Part shown: piece after piece, positions 17,749 through 27,743 of the stretch
Layout: every line of letters begins with the position of its first letter
Numbering within the stretch: position 1 is the first letter of the stretch
Origin: a virus
DNA length: 64,000 nucleotides
Virus record (IMG/VR): IMGVR_UViG_3300036402_000062
Location: 135 to 64,134 of that record
Reading direction: 5' to 3' (one strand)
Translations under genes and position numbers: made by a program
The notes under the pieces: model-generated
Database searches by the model: none
The model's input: the letters and a program-made list of their open reading frames with translations, nothing else
Told to the model about the DNA's origin: nothing

Positions 17749-18239
17749 GCGAGTCCTATCCCGACCTCACCCGCGACGCCTCGTCACCGACGCGCACGAA
17801 TCCTGTCGGCGCACGAAGGGTGCGCGGGCCGGTACACAAGTACCACTCGCAACGGCTCTGCGCGCAGACCCGCGGCATCGAATGGTTGTTCACGTTCGAC
17901 ACCTGGTGGCAGGTCTGGCAGGAATCGGGGAAGTGGGAGCAGCGCGGCCAAGGCATCGATCAGTACGTGATGTCGCGGCCTGGTGACAAAGGGCCATACG
18001 CGCCTCACAACGTGCAGATCGTGACGGGTCGAGAAAACCTCCGCGAGATGAACGCCAGGTGCCTACCCAAGAGGCTTGGCTCCGGCAAGGGTTGGAAATT
18101 CAACCCCAAGAACAAGACGCGGCCTTACACGGTCCTGATCGCTCATCGCTGGGTTGGCGCGTTCCCCACGCCGGGGGAGGCGACTGCAGCGTATCGACAG
18201 GCTGTTTCATTGTTGCTCAAGCAGGCCGAAACGGCATGA
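17745..18239 (+). CDS. HNH-like endonuclease (divergent) with AP2-like C-terminus
   Basis: W..TFDTWW..W..SG...RG....YVMSR.GD.GPY...NV.I.T..EN motif. Confidence 0.7.
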   Translation: MSESYPDLTRDASSPTRTNPVGARRVRGPVHKYHSQRLCAQTRGIEWLFTFDTWWQVWQESGKWEQRGQGIDQYVMSRPGDKGPYAPHNVQIVTGRENLREMNARCLPKRLGSGKGWKFNPKNKTRPYTVLIAHRWVGAFPTPGEATAAYRQAVSLLLKQAETA

Positions 18240-18676
18240 ACTCACCCAGTTTGCAGCATGCCGCGACGACTCCAGGCGCAGTGTCAGCCCACGTCCATTC
18301 CGTTGTCGGACAGGATCGACACAGCCATTCTGCTGACGCCCGATCAGCTCGCAACCTGGTGCTGCAGACGCCGGCTGGCGCACGGCTGCAAGGCGTCTTG
18401 ATCACGAGCGACGACCGCGAGCTCGAGGAGCACATCGTCGCCTGCGCGGGCCTGAACGAACGCTCTTACGCCCGCTTCGTGGCTCACGGAAATCCCTACG
18501 ACCGCGACGAGGCGGTGCAGTGGATGGACCAGATGCACCAAGCCATCGGCAGGCGGCGCCGGGAAGTGGCGGACGCCATCCACGCCGAGATCCAGCAACG
18601 GATCGACGCCGGGGCGGGGTACTTCATCGACCGAGGCGACCAGGCGCGCGCGGCGCTGGCGGGGAGGGCCGCGTAG
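18236..18676 (+). CDS. hypothetical protein
   Basis: 146-aa coupled ORF. Confidence 0.6.
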   Translation: MNSPSLQHAATTPGAVSAHVHSVVGQDRHSHSADARSARNLVLQTPAGARLQGVLITSDDRELEEHIVACAGLNERSYARFVAHGNPYDRDEAVQWMDQMHQAIGRRRREVADAIHAEIQQRIDAGAGYFIDRGDQARAALAGRAA

Positions 18677-19357
18677 GTGCCCAACCGGCTTCTCAAGGAA
18701 GGCATCGTGGACTCGGCGCTGATCGACAGCGTGAGCGCGGAGGCCGAGGTGTGTTTCTACCGTCTGCTGGTCGTGTGCGACGACCTTGGCCGGTTCGACG
18801 CGAGAACCGCCATCGTGCGGTCGCGGTGCTTCCCGCTTAAGGAGCAGTCGAACTTCTCGGCGAAGGTCGAAGCGTGGCTGAGCGAACTGGAGGAAAAGCT
18901 GCTGATCCTGCGGTACAAGGCCGACGGGCAGCCGTTCCTGCAGATCGCGAAGTGGGACCAGCGAGTGCGGTCGAACGGCAAATACCCGCCACCTTCTGAC
19001 AGCGACCTGCAGACATTCCGCGAACGGTTGTCAGCAGGCTGCGGACAGCCGCCAGCAGATGGCGGCTCGGGGTTGGGGAAGGGGAAGGGTATGGGTGCAT
19101 CAGCGAACGATGTTCGCTTCGATGCCGCAGCCGGCGCATGGTCGGTTCCCGACCTCCTCCGGGAGCAATGGGTCAAGGCGTACCCGGCCGTCGACATAGG
19201 CCGGGAGCTCGCCTCGGCCTGCGCGTGGTTGATCGCGAATCCGGCCAACCAGAAGTCGAACTATGCGCGATTCCTGACGAACTGGCTCAAGCGAGCGCAG
19301 GACCGGGCGCCGGCAAAGGGTGGCGGCCAGCCCGGGCGGCAGGAGACCTTCGTATGA
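18677..19357 (+). CDS. phage replication initiator protein
   Basis: MPNRLLKEGI...FYRLLVVCDDLGRF N-terminus and RFLTNWLKRAQ C-terminus; upstream of helicase. Confidence 0.75.
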   Translation: MPNRLLKEGIVDSALIDSVSAEAEVCFYRLLVVCDDLGRFDARTAIVRSRCFPLKEQSNFSAKVEAWLSELEEKLLILRYKADGQPFLQIAKWDQRVRSNGKYPPPSDSDLQTFRERLSAGCGQPPADGGSGLGKGKGMGASANDVRFDAAAGAWSVPDLLREQWVKAYPAVDIGRELASACAWLIANPANQKSNYARFLTNWLKRAQDRAPAKGGGQPGRQETFV

Positions 19358-19710
19358 GCCTCAAAGTCATCCGCCAGCTCCGCCGTCACGGCCAGAAGCC
19401 GTCCGGCGTCATCACGGTTCTTGCCGGCCAGGCTCCTCGCTGGCTTGAGGACGATGCCGGCGTGGTTGTCGTGCGTGCAGCCGATGACCCCCGATTCATG
19501 GACTGGCGCCCGTTGGTGGGCCTCTGGGTGGCGGTCTTCAGCGCGCACCAGGAGCCCGCCCGCATGCTCGCGTTGCTCGAGGCGCTGCACCAGGTAGGCG
19601 TGAAGTTCTACGGGATGGTGGACCACACGGGCGCGTATCCGACGGTGCTTGAGCCGACCGAGCGGCACGAGTTGAACCTGCAGCGGACGTGGGAGGCGCT
19701 ATGCCGGTGA
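19354..19710 (+). CDS. hypothetical protein between initiator and helicase
   Basis: Coupled 118-aa ORF. Confidence 0.65.
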   Translation: MSLKVIRQLRRHGQKPSGVITVLAGQAPRWLEDDAGVVVVRAADDPRFMDWRPLVGLWVAVFSAHQEPARMLALLEALHQVGVKFYGMVDHTGAYPTVLEPTERHELNLQRTWEALCR

Positions 19711-20693
19711 TCACGCCCGACGACATCGACTTCAGCGCGTACGAGCACGAGACCGAAGCGCGCCAGCGGGTGCGCCCGGCGTCGCTGTACGTGCAGGCGC
19801 TGATCGACCGGGTCGACTCGCCGCAGAAGGAGAAGCGCTGCTTCATGCCGTGGGGCAAGACACACCGGCTGATCCACTTTCGCGAGGGCGAAGTCACGGT
19901 GTGGGGTGGACAGAACGGCAGCGGAAAGAGCCTGGTCACGGGGCAAGTCGGAATCTCACTGGCCGCACAGGGCGAGAAGATCGCCGTCGCCAGCTTCGAG
20001 ATGAAGCCGATCAAGACGATGCACCGGATGGGCCGGCAGTGGACGCAGCAAGACATCGAGGATCCAGAGCTGCTGGCGAACCCAGTGGAGCGTCGAGCGA
20101 TGCGAGACCTCTACGAGCAGTTTCGCGACTGGACCGACACCCGCCTGTGGTTGTACGACCAGCAGGGCACGGTGCACTGGAAGCAGGTATGCGCCGTGGC
20201 GCGTTACTGCGCCAAGGAGCTGGGGATCAACCACCTCTTCATCGATAACCTGATGAAGTGCGTGGCCGGTGAGGACGACTACAACGGGCAGAAGGCGTTT
20301 ATCGACGAGGTCTGCGCCATCGCCCGCGACCACAGCATCCACATCCACGTCGTGCACCACGTGAAGAAGCCGGCGAAGGAAGACGATTTTCCGACGAAGT
20401 ACGACTTCAAGGGCACTGGGGCGATCACGGACCAAGTCGACAACGTGATTGCGGTGTGGCGCAACAAGAAAAAGGAACGCGCACGCGGAGCTGAGCGCGC
20501 GCTGCTGGATGCGAAGCCCGACGCGATGCTGATCGTCGACAAGCAGCGCAACGGCAGCGGCTGGGAAGGAAACATCGGCCTGTGGTACCTGCATCAGTCG
20601 CAGCAGTACGTCGGCAGCTCGCGCGCCGAGGCCATCTCCTTTCTCTCTGATTCCAGCAGCGACGGCATCTTTGGTGGCGATGAGGACGCATGA
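19701..20693 (+). CDS. DnaB-like (SF4) replicative helicase
   Basis: Walker A GQNGSGKS, ASFEM, Walker B FIDNL, HVVHH, KGTGAITD, KQRNG. Confidence 0.9.
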   Translation: MPVITPDDIDFSAYEHETEARQRVRPASLYVQALIDRVDSPQKEKRCFMPWGKTHRLIHFREGEVTVWGGQNGSGKSLVTGQVGISLAAQGEKIAVASFEMKPIKTMHRMGRQWTQQDIEDPELLANPVERRAMRDLYEQFRDWTDTRLWLYDQQGTVHWKQVCAVARYCAKELGINHLFIDNLMKCVAGEDDYNGQKAFIDEVCAIARDHSIHIHVVHHVKKPAKEDDFPTKYDFKGTGAITDQVDNVIAVWRNKKKERARGAERALLDAKPDAMLIVDKQRNGSGWEGNIGLWYLHQSQQYVGSSRAEAISFLSDSSSDGIFGGDEDA

Positions 20694-20905
20694 CCCACGA
20701 CATCACCACGCACCGCGAAAGCGTGCACGCCTGGTGCCTGCGCCTGATCCGCGACGGCGGCCGCGGCTGGTTCGACTACGTCAGGGACAAGGCAAAGCGC
20801 CTTGCTGCCGAAGACCCGGGTCTGCACGCAGACCTTCCGCGCGCGGTGGAAGCCGCGATCAACGAAACGGCGCCGCAGCGCGCAGCCCCCACCAGGAGAA
20901 CCTGA
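20690..20905 (+). CDS. hypothetical protein
   Basis: Coupled 71-aa ORF. Confidence 0.55.
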   Translation: MTHDITTHRESVHAWCLRLIRDGGRGWFDYVRDKAKRLAAEDPGLHADLPRAVEAAINETAPQRAAPTRRT

Positions 20906-21615
20906 TGTCTTTCGAGCTTCCCGACGTCACCGAGGTGACTTTCACGAACGCGAACACGCGCCCGGAGTTCCACGGCGAAGAGCATGTCCGCGCAGTCGAC
21001 ATCGCCATGAGGATCAAGGGCGAGAACACGCTGCTGGACCTGATCGAGAAGGGCCTGCGCGAACACCACTTCTGCAACCACGCGATGCAGGCCGGGCAGG
21101 AGCACCTGCCGGAAGTGGTGATCCCGCTGCCGAACCTGCGGCACCCGAAGCTGCCGACGAAGTACCAGTACGCCAAGGGCGAGAAGTGGCGCGGCTACCG
21201 GTTCGTGCAGGACTTCGGCCTGGGCGAGGAGGCCGGCAGCAACCTGGACTTCACGGACTGCGTGCTCACCGGCGTGTGGTACGAGATCTTCGAGGGCGGG
21301 TCCTGCGAGATCGGCTTCACCGTGCAGTACAACGGCGACGAGCTGGCCGACGACGGTATCTACGGGCGGTGCGCCGGCCTGGCCACCGTCGGCGATGGGC
21401 ACGTGCAGATCATCGCGCCGCCGACGCTCACGCTGGTGAAGGGCAAGGGCGCTTACCGCAGCGGCAAGCCGGATACGCCGCCGACGGGCGATGACGGCGG
21501 CGGCGACCTGCTGGGCAGCGGCGATGGCTTCGAGGTCCGCGATCCGAATGCGGGCGAAGACGACGACGAGGACACCCCCGAGAAGGCGCTGGAGCGCGCG
21601 GCGGCGGGCGGCTGA
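20905..21615 (+). CDS. conserved phage hypothetical protein
   Basis: 236 aa with acidic tail, strong codon bias, RBS AGGAGA. Confidence 0.75.
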   Translation: MSFELPDVTEVTFTNANTRPEFHGEEHVRAVDIAMRIKGENTLLDLIEKGLREHHFCNHAMQAGQEHLPEVVIPLPNLRHPKLPTKYQYAKGEKWRGYRFVQDFGLGEEAGSNLDFTDCVLTGVWYEIFEGGSCEIGFTVQYNGDELADDGIYGRCAGLATVGDGHVQIIAPPTLTLVKGKGAYRSGKPDTPPTGDDGGGDLLGSGDGFEVRDPNAGEDDDEDTPEKALERAAAGG

Positions 21616-21774
21616 AGTGAACTTCCACCCTGTTGCTCTGGCGGTGGCCGCTGCGTGCGGGGGCTACTTTGTGCCGCGGCCGATGGTGTCCGGCTGGGTG
21701 TACGTCGGCGCCGGCGGCCCCTTCGGTGCTTACCGGCACCGCGGCAGTCTCGCGGTCACCGCGAGGAGCTGACC

Positions 21775-22707
21775 ATGGCCTACGAACCTGGCGGGAAGAC
21801 GAAGATCGGAGTGGACGCCATCCTGGGCGCTCCGAACCGCATCTGGCTGGCGGCCGACCTGGCGCCGCTGATGGACGTAGCACGCAGCGCGGTGCCGGCT
21901 TACCTTGATCGGCCGATCCGCCATGGGCTGATCTTTCGCAGCGTGGAGACGGGCGCCCCGCGCTACGCGGGCACAGCATTCGCGCCCGCTCCTTCCCGCA
22001 ATGCGATCCACGTGCCAACGTTCGGCAAGGATGCGGCTGCGGCTGCGGCGGACTCAGTAGGGGCCGAGTCGAAGCACGCGCGTCAGCCCGGCCCGTCCGG
22101 GTTCGTGCCGCCGAAGATGACGGCGCCGCGGGTGGGCAGCGACATCCCGGCGCCGTCGCGCGCACCAGGGCCGCCGCCAACGGGGCAGAAGCTGTGCGCC
22201 GGCTGCACGCGGGACATCTGCCGGGAGAAGGGCTGCTGGTCCCAGCGGGCGAACCAGCTGATCGAGCCTCGCGCGCCGGCGGCCGCGAGCCCGGCGCCAG
22301 CTCCTACCGTGGCGCCCACGCCAGCACCTACGGCGGCGCCGACACCAGCGCCCACGCCGCCGGCGGTGACGCCCGCGCCGACCGAGGCGCCGCAGACGAT
22401 CACCGTCGTCAACAACACGCCCGGAGTCATCAAGGTGGAAGAGCGTTGGGTCGACGGCGAGCTGGTCCTGCTGGTCCGCACGCCGGAAACGCCAGCCGCC
22501 CCAGCGGAGCAAGCCGCGGCCGAAGCGGGCGCAGCCGAGCCCGAGCCCTTCGATGTGTTGTTCTCGATCATGACCGGCGAGGTGGTGTTCCAAGGCATCG
22601 AGCCGAACGAGGACGGCAGCTTCTCGCTCTCGGCCGAACGGCAGGAGCTGGTGCGCGACAAGTTCAACGCCATGCGGTCGCGGCTGGCGTGGATGGGGCC
22701 GACATGA
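21775..22707 (+). CDS. Pro/Ala/Thr-rich hypothetical protein
   Basis: RBS GAGGAG; PAPT-type low-complexity linker at about 22280-22390. Confidence 0.7.
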   Translation: MAYEPGGKTKIGVDAILGAPNRIWLAADLAPLMDVARSAVPAYLDRPIRHGLIFRSVETGAPRYAGTAFAPAPSRNAIHVPTFGKDAAAAAADSVGAESKHARQPGPSGFVPPKMTAPRVGSDIPAPSRAPGPPPTGQKLCAGCTRDICREKGCWSQRANQLIEPRAPAAASPAPAPTVAPTPAPTAAPTPAPTPPAVTPAPTEAPQTITVVNNTPGVIKVEERWVDGELVLLVRTPETPAAPAEQAAAEAGAAEPEPFDVLFSIMTGEVVFQGIEPNEDGSFSLSAERQELVRDKFNAMRSRLAWMGPT

Positions 22708-23228
22708 GCAGACTCATCCTCGCGCTCGATCCCGGCACGACGCAGACCGGCTGGGTCTTCTACGAAAGCGGCCGTGTTGTCGCCAGCGGCGTCTCGCTGA
22801 ACGCGGAAATGCTGCGAGTCGTGGCAAGCCACAAGGATGCGTACGACGCAGGCTGTTCGCGGCAGGGACCGGAGGCCGACACCCTCGCTATCGAAATGAT
22901 CGCCAGCTACGGGATGCCGGTGGGCCGCGAGGTGTTCGAGACGGTCGTCTGGATCGGCCGCTTCCAGCAGGCATGGCACGACCCGGAGGCCGTCCGGCTG
23001 GTGTACCGCAGGGACGTGAAGCTCCACCTGTGCGGCACGACGAAGGCGAAGGACCCGAATGTGCGACAGGCCATCCTTGACCTGTTCCCGCGCACCGGCG
23101 GCGGCGCCACACCGCAGGTCGGCACGAAGGGGCAGCCCGGCCCGCTGTACGGCGTCAGCTCGCATGCGTGGCCTGCGCTCGGGGTCGCACTGCTGGTGCG
23201 GCACCAGTTGTCTGGAGCACTTGCGTGA
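22704..23228 (+). CDS. RuvC-like Holliday junction resolvase
   Basis: ILALDPGTTQTGW, IEM, KLHLCG...AKD, W.ALGVA acidic catalytic pattern. Confidence 0.85.
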   Translation: MSRLILALDPGTTQTGWVFYESGRVVASGVSLNAEMLRVVASHKDAYDAGCSRQGPEADTLAIEMIASYGMPVGREVFETVVWIGRFQQAWHDPEAVRLVYRRDVKLHLCGTTKAKDPNVRQAILDLFPRTGGGATPQVGTKGQPGPLYGVSSHAWPALGVALLVRHQLSGALA

Positions 23229-23545
23229 AAGAGAGCTGGAACCTAACTGCACGGCAGGAGGAAGTCCTTGCCTTGGCGGCCGCTCACGCGCTGACGAGCA
23301 AGGAAATCGGCCGCCGTCTTGGCTTGTCCTCCAAGACCGTTGACGTTCATTGGGACCGCCTCACGACTCGCATGGAAGCGAAGACCCGCCTCCAAGCTGT
23401 GCTGATGTGGGAGCGCGCCCGGCGCGAGAAGGATGACGCGACGCGGCGCGAGTCCGAGGAGCGCCTTCAGGCGCAGCGGAATGCCGATTACGTGCACTGC
23501 CCGACGTGCGGTGGCGCTGGATTCATCAAGAGGAAGGCGGCGTGA
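23225..23545 (+). CDS. LuxR/GerE-type HTH protein with C-terminal CxxC
   Basis: LTARQEEVLAL...TSKEIGRRLGLSSKTVDVH. Confidence 0.85.
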   Translation: MKESWNLTARQEEVLALAAAHALTSKEIGRRLGLSSKTVDVHWDRLTTRMEAKTRLQAVLMWERARREKDDATRRESEERLQAQRNADYVHCPTCGGAGFIKRKAA

Positions 23546-23736
23546 TCCAAAGCCACTGCGCGCGCTGCCGTCGACCGATCCGCAAGGTCGTGATCGTCGA
23601 AGGCAAGGGCTATGGCGTGCGATGCGCCGCGAAGATGGGCGACCTGCTGACGCAGCCGGCGGAGCGCAAGCCGACCCGCGCGCGGCGCTCGCGGCCCGAG
23701 GATGCGCGGCAGCTGCAGTTGGAGGCGCAGCCGTAA
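23542..23736 (+). CDS. small Zn-ribbon protein
   Basis: CARC...YGVRC motif; coupled. Confidence 0.55.
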   Translation: MIQSHCARCRRPIRKVVIVEGKGYGVRCAAKMGDLLTQPAERKPTRARRSRPEDARQLQLEAQP

Positions 23737-23896
23737 TGCAGACCCTCATCCTCCTCTGCACCCTGGCCGCCCTTGCTGGCCTTCCGGCTGGCTATGGGCT
23801 GGCGTGGGTATTCGAGACGGTCGACGCTCTCATGGAAGCCTACGTGCAGGGCTCCGAGGCGCTGTTCGCGATCACGTACTGCCCGGAGGTGTGGCG

Positions 23897-24421
23897 GTGA
23901 GCGCGGCCACCCCCATCCTGATCTGCCCGGTCGTGCAGCTGCACACGCTGCCCGACCAGGAGCGCGACATTCTTCGCAGGTTCTTCACCGAGCACGTGCG
24001 CGGGATGGATGCCGGCAACGACAAGCGCTGGCGCCGGTTCGTTCGGGACCTGTTCAACGCCGCACCCGGCGAGGGCTTCGAGATCCTGCGCAAGGAAGAA
24101 CGCGGCGGGCCCTTCCATCGCCGGCACCGCGTGATCCTGCAGCGCCTGTTCGATTCGCAAGAGCGCTTCCGCAATCTCGACCGCCTGCACGACTGGATCA
24201 AGGTGGGTGCCGGGCACGTCGACTGGATCGAAGGGAAGCCGCGGCCGCGCTCCACCTCGTTCGACGTGTGCAGTGAAGACGAGATGCGCGAGTTCCACGC
24301 CGCGGCCGTGGAGTACCTGGAGACCGAGCGCGCGCAGCGCTTTCTCTGGCGCCTGGTAAAGGCGGCGCAGCGGCCGGCGATGTTGGAAGCCGTGCTCAGC
24401 AAACCGGAGGAAGACCGATGA
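23897..24421 (+). CDS. DUF1367/NinB-like protein
   Basis: R..PFHR.H...L..LF..QERF...D....W.KVGAGH.DW...PRS.SF...EDE...FH. Confidence 0.7.
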   Translation: MSAATPILICPVVQLHTLPDQERDILRRFFTEHVRGMDAGNDKRWRRFVRDLFNAAPGEGFEILRKEERGGPFHRRHRVILQRLFDSQERFRNLDRLHDWIKVGAGHVDWIEGKPRPRSTSFDVCSEDEMREFHAAAVEYLETERAQRFLWRLVKAAQRPAMLEAVLSKPEEDR

Positions 24422-24566
24422 CCACCACACGTCCGGCCCGCAAATCCCTCGTGCAGCTCACCTACGAGCTGATCGAAGCGGACGCGCGCAAGGCCAAGCG
24501 CGTGAAGAAAGAGCCGGAGCCCGAGGCCCCGGTGAAGAAGGCGACAGCGAAGAAAGGACGGAAGAC

Positions 24567-24959
24567 ATGAGCACGTGGACCAGGATCCGCGATTTCCTCC
24601 GCGGCACGCCACCGCCGCCACCGTTGCGCAATAAGCCGGGGGGCATGGCCTGGATCAAGCCGTTCTGCCAGGACATGGGCGCTGGCGTGCTCGCCGGGCG
24701 GATCGTGAAGACCGTGCGCCTGAACGAGCATGGCTCCTGGGACATCGAGCCAGTCCAGAGAATCATCTGCACCGCCTTTGTGTACTTCCCCACCGCCAAG
24801 TGCTACGCGAGTCCGGGGGACGTGATTACGTACGAGGGCCTGAACGACGAATCCCTGGAGCCGATCGGCACCCCCGGCCACACGGAGAAGGACGAGTCGC
24901 TGCGCTACCTGCCGCCGGTGCCGACCAGCACCAGAGCGCCGAAAGGTGTGCCGGCGTGA
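24567..24959 (+). CDS. hypothetical protein
   Basis: 130-aa ORF with RBS. Confidence 0.65.
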   Translation: MSTWTRIRDFLRGTPPPPPLRNKPGGMAWIKPFCQDMGAGVLAGRIVKTVRLNEHGSWDIEPVQRIICTAFVYFPTAKCYASPGDVITYEGLNDESLEPIGTPGHTEKDESLRYLPPVPTSTRAPKGVPA

Positions 24960-25507
24960 AGCGCACACCCATGAAGCGCATCGCCCCGCTGCGCCAGAGC
25001 CGCCGCCACGGGGCCGATGTCGAGCGCGAGCCGAAGCCGTGGGCGGTTGCACTGGCCAGCTCTACGCTGCGGCCGCTGCAGGTGCCGAGCTATGCGGGCA
25101 GCACCAGCGGCCGAGCGGTGGCGAAGTCGAAGGCCTATCGGGACCGCGCACTGTTGGACATGGCGGAGAACCGACCCTGCCTGTTGCTCGTGCCAGGCGT
25201 CTGCAATCATCGTGTCGACACCACCGTCGCCTGCCATAGCAACCTGGGCATCCATGGCAAGGCCGGCGCGCGCAAGGCTGACGACTGTCACTCCGTGCAT
25301 GGCTGCAGCGCTTGCCACGCTTGGCTCGACACGGACCGCACCGCGCCGGCCGCATTGAAGGAACGCGTTTACATGGAGGCGCACCTGCGGATGGTGCTGG
25401 TGTGGCGCCAAGTCGGGGTGGATGCAGCGGAGCCGGAGCGATTCAGGAGCGCGGCGCGGCGGGCCCTGGAGCACCTCAACGCGACACCGATCGGAGACAC
25501 GCCGTGA
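24956..25507 (+). CDS. DUF1364-like His-Me finger nuclease (nin region)
   Basis: CLLLVPGVCN...TTVACH...GK...KADD...GCSACHAWLD. Confidence 0.8.
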   Translation: MKRTPMKRIAPLRQSRRHGADVEREPKPWAVALASSTLRPLQVPSYAGSTSGRAVAKSKAYRDRALLDMAENRPCLLLVPGVCNHRVDTTVACHSNLGIHGKAGARKADDCHSVHGCSACHAWLDTDRTAPAALKERVYMEAHLRMVLVWRQVGVDAAEPERFRSAARRALEHLNATPIGDTP

Positions 25508-25935
25508 AGCCAGTCATGCAGACCGTCACCGGAACGTCAGGCAACTGCATGTCCGCCTGCCTCGCGTCCATTCTGGAACTGCCCATCGAGGCGGTGCCGA
25601 ACTTCTGCGAGGTCGGCAGTGACGACTCGGAATGGTGGAACGCCTGTCGCTCCTTTCTGCGGCAGTTCGGGCTGGGCATCATCACGCTCACGTTCGACAA
25701 CCCGGCGCAGTGGACGCATCTGCGGCTCGCTGGGTATCACATCGTCAGCGGCCCGTCGCCGCGCCTAGAAGGCATGCACCACGCGACGGTGTGGCATCGA
25801 GGAGTGATGGCGCACGATCCGCACCCCGACGGAACCGGCATCGTCAAGCCGGAAACGCTGGACATGCTCTACCTGATCGAGCCGGCGTCGCTGCAACTGC
25901 CGGCGTCCATCATCGCGGCGCAGATGAAGGGGTGA
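25504..25935 (+). CDS. C39/papain-like peptidase-fold protein
   Basis: GNCMSACLASIL and HATV...HDPHP (Cys/His/Asp pattern). Confidence 0.6.
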   Translation: MKPVMQTVTGTSGNCMSACLASILELPIEAVPNFCEVGSDDSEWWNACRSFLRQFGLGIITLTFDNPAQWTHLRLAGYHIVSGPSPRLEGMHHATVWHRGVMAHDPHPDGTGIVKPETLDMLYLIEPASLQLPASIIAAQMKG

Positions 25936-25937
25936 CG

Positions 25938-26417
25938 ATGCGCAAAGCAACCCGCCGCAAGCACCGCCCAGGCCTGCACCCGCTCGATGCCATCACGGCC
26001 AGCCAACCCTTCCCGCAAGCCGAGCTCGTGCGGATCCTGCTGAAGGTGCACACCGCCTTCGAGCACCTGTCCCACGGAGGTGATGACGTCGACCAGTTCG
26101 ACCGGCTCGCCGCGGTCCTGAACGTCGGGATGGTGCGCTGCGAAGGAATCGGGCAGGCGGGCGTCGACGTGTTCAAAGCGGCGCAGGGCGCGCTGATGGA
26201 TGCGGATGCGCTGTACGGGCGCCACCGGCGCTTCGGCTTTACCGGCCCGGGCCTGGAGGCGATGCGCGAAGCAATCAGGCTGTACGACGACATCCTCCGC
26301 GCGAGCACGCCGCTGCAGATGGCCAAGGCGCAGGTCGAGTGCATGCGCCGGGTGCGCGCCGGCCAGTTCGAGCAAGCCGTTGCTTGGACCGCGGGCATGG
26401 AGGCGAAACCAGCATGA
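25938..26417 (+). CDS. conserved phage hypothetical protein
   Basis: Basic N-terminus MRKATRRK; coupled. Confidence 0.7.
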   Translation: MRKATRRKHRPGLHPLDAITASQPFPQAELVRILLKVHTAFEHLSHGGDDVDQFDRLAAVLNVGMVRCEGIGQAGVDVFKAAQGALMDADALYGRHRRFGFTGPGLEAMREAIRLYDDILRASTPLQMAKAQVECMRRVRAGQFEQAVAWTAGMEAKPA

Positions 26418-26662
26418 GATTCACTCAGCACCCAACGAACAACGCCGTCCTGGGCGCACCGCCTGGGGTGGGCATTGACGACTGCCGCGCCCTGCCGATC
26501 ACGCGAGTTGAGTTTCCGGACGGCGCGCCCGGCGTGCAGTCCTTCTGGCGGCCGACGGACGCGGAGCGCGCGGCGATCGCGGGCGGTGCGCTGGTGCTGT
26601 TCCAGTGCTGGGGCCGCACGCACCCGCCGGTGTACCTGGGCGTGGATGGAGTCGAAGGATGA
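26414..26662 (+). CDS. conserved phage hypothetical protein
   Basis: SFWRPTDAERAAIAGG...HPPV motif. Confidence 0.7.
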   Translation: MRFTQHPTNNAVLGAPPGVGIDDCRALPITRVEFPDGAPGVQSFWRPTDAERAAIAGGALVLFQCWGRTHPPVYLGVDGVEG

Positions 26663-26964
26663 GGATCTCCGCAAGCGAAAACCCCGGGCCGTGGATGGTG
26701 TACCGCAACGGTGAAATGCTGCGGAACGTGTTGTGGGTGGACAGCGACGCGAAGCAGTGGTCCGACGTCGAAAGCCCCATGGCGATGTTCTTCGGTGTCG
26801 AGAAAGAGGCCGTGCACCAAGCCCGCCGCATCGTGGTCGACCAGGCGGGCTGGCGGGTGGATGTCGACGCGCCGGAGATTCCTCCAGAAGTCCATAACCC
26901 ACGCGCGGTGAGCCCGGAGCGAGCGATGGCGGCCGTGCGTGCGATGTGCCAGGGCACCAAGTGA
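26659..26964 (+). CDS. hypothetical protein
   Basis: Coupled 101-aa ORF. Confidence 0.55.
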   Translation: MRISASENPGPWMVYRNGEMLRNVLWVDSDAKQWSDVESPMAMFFGVEKEAVHQARRIVVDQAGWRVDVDAPEIPPEVHNPRAVSPERAMAAVRAMCQGTK

Positions 26965-27209
26965 CCTGCGGCAGCTGCACGCGCGCCCAGCAGATCGCGA
27001 CGCATCGCGACTACGTCGACGCGTGCCCCAGCTGCCAGATCAGGAAGCTGGCGCACATGCCTTCGGAGCAGCGGGAGCGGCAGCTGGACCTCTTGTGCCA
27101 CCTGTGCGGGCCAGGCGCACGGGCGAGGGTGCGGCAGGAGCTGCAGGTCGAGATGGCCAGGATCAAGAACTTGAAGAGCGGCGCTGCCGCACGAAGGGAA
27201 CGAGCATGA
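26961..27209 (+). CDS. small Cys-rich protein
   Basis: CxxC motifs; coupled. Confidence 0.55.
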   Translation: MTCGSCTRAQQIATHRDYVDACPSCQIRKLAHMPSEQRERQLDLLCHLCGPGARARVRQELQVEMARIKNLKSGAAARRERA

Positions 27210-27709
27210 GCCTTGCCTACGAAGCCATGGTGTTCGCCCGCGAGGTCCACAAGGACCAGCGCCGCAAGTACACCGGCAACCCGTACACCGACCATCTGGC
27301 CGAGGTTGCCGGGATCGTTGCTACGGTGACTCAGGAATTCATGGTGCCGCCGCAGGCGATGCTCGCAACGGCATGGCTACACGACAGCCGAGAGGATCAG
27401 GACATCACCGGGGAAGAGATCGAGAACCGCTTCGGCGTGCAAGTCGCGGTTGGCGTGGCCCTGCTGTCCGACTTCGAAACGGGCAACCGCGCCGAGCGCA
27501 AGCGCCTCGGCCGCGAGCGGCTCGCATCGGCTCCAGCCTGGGTGCAAACCATCAAGGTCGCCGACCTGATCTCCAACACCAGCAGCATCGTGCAGCACGC
27601 CCCACAGTTTGCGGCGGTGTACCTGGAGGAGAAACGGCTACTGCTGGACGTGATGACGAAGGCCGAACCGCGGCTGGTGGCGATTGCGCGTGCGCAGGCA
27701 GAACTGTGA
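27206..27709 (+). CDS. HD-domain (p)ppGpp hydrolase-like protein (SpoT/Mesh1-type SAH)
   Basis: A..FA..VH..Q.RKYTG.PY..HL.EVA, AWLHD..ED, IKVADLISN. Confidence 0.85.
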   Translation: MSLAYEAMVFAREVHKDQRRKYTGNPYTDHLAEVAGIVATVTQEFMVPPQAMLATAWLHDSREDQDITGEEIENRFGVQVAVGVALLSDFETGNRAERKRLGRERLASAPAWVQTIKVADLISNTSSIVQHAPQFAAVYLEEKRLLLDVMTKAEPRLVAIARAQAEL

Positions 27710-27743
27710 ATCAACTGCGCGGTCACCGCGCGAAGGAAAGAAC

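Noticed and set aside
22280-22390. Repetitive CCG/ACG-rich tract as a non-coding repeat
   Set aside because: In-frame Pro-Ala-Pro-Thr linker of ORF 21775-22707.
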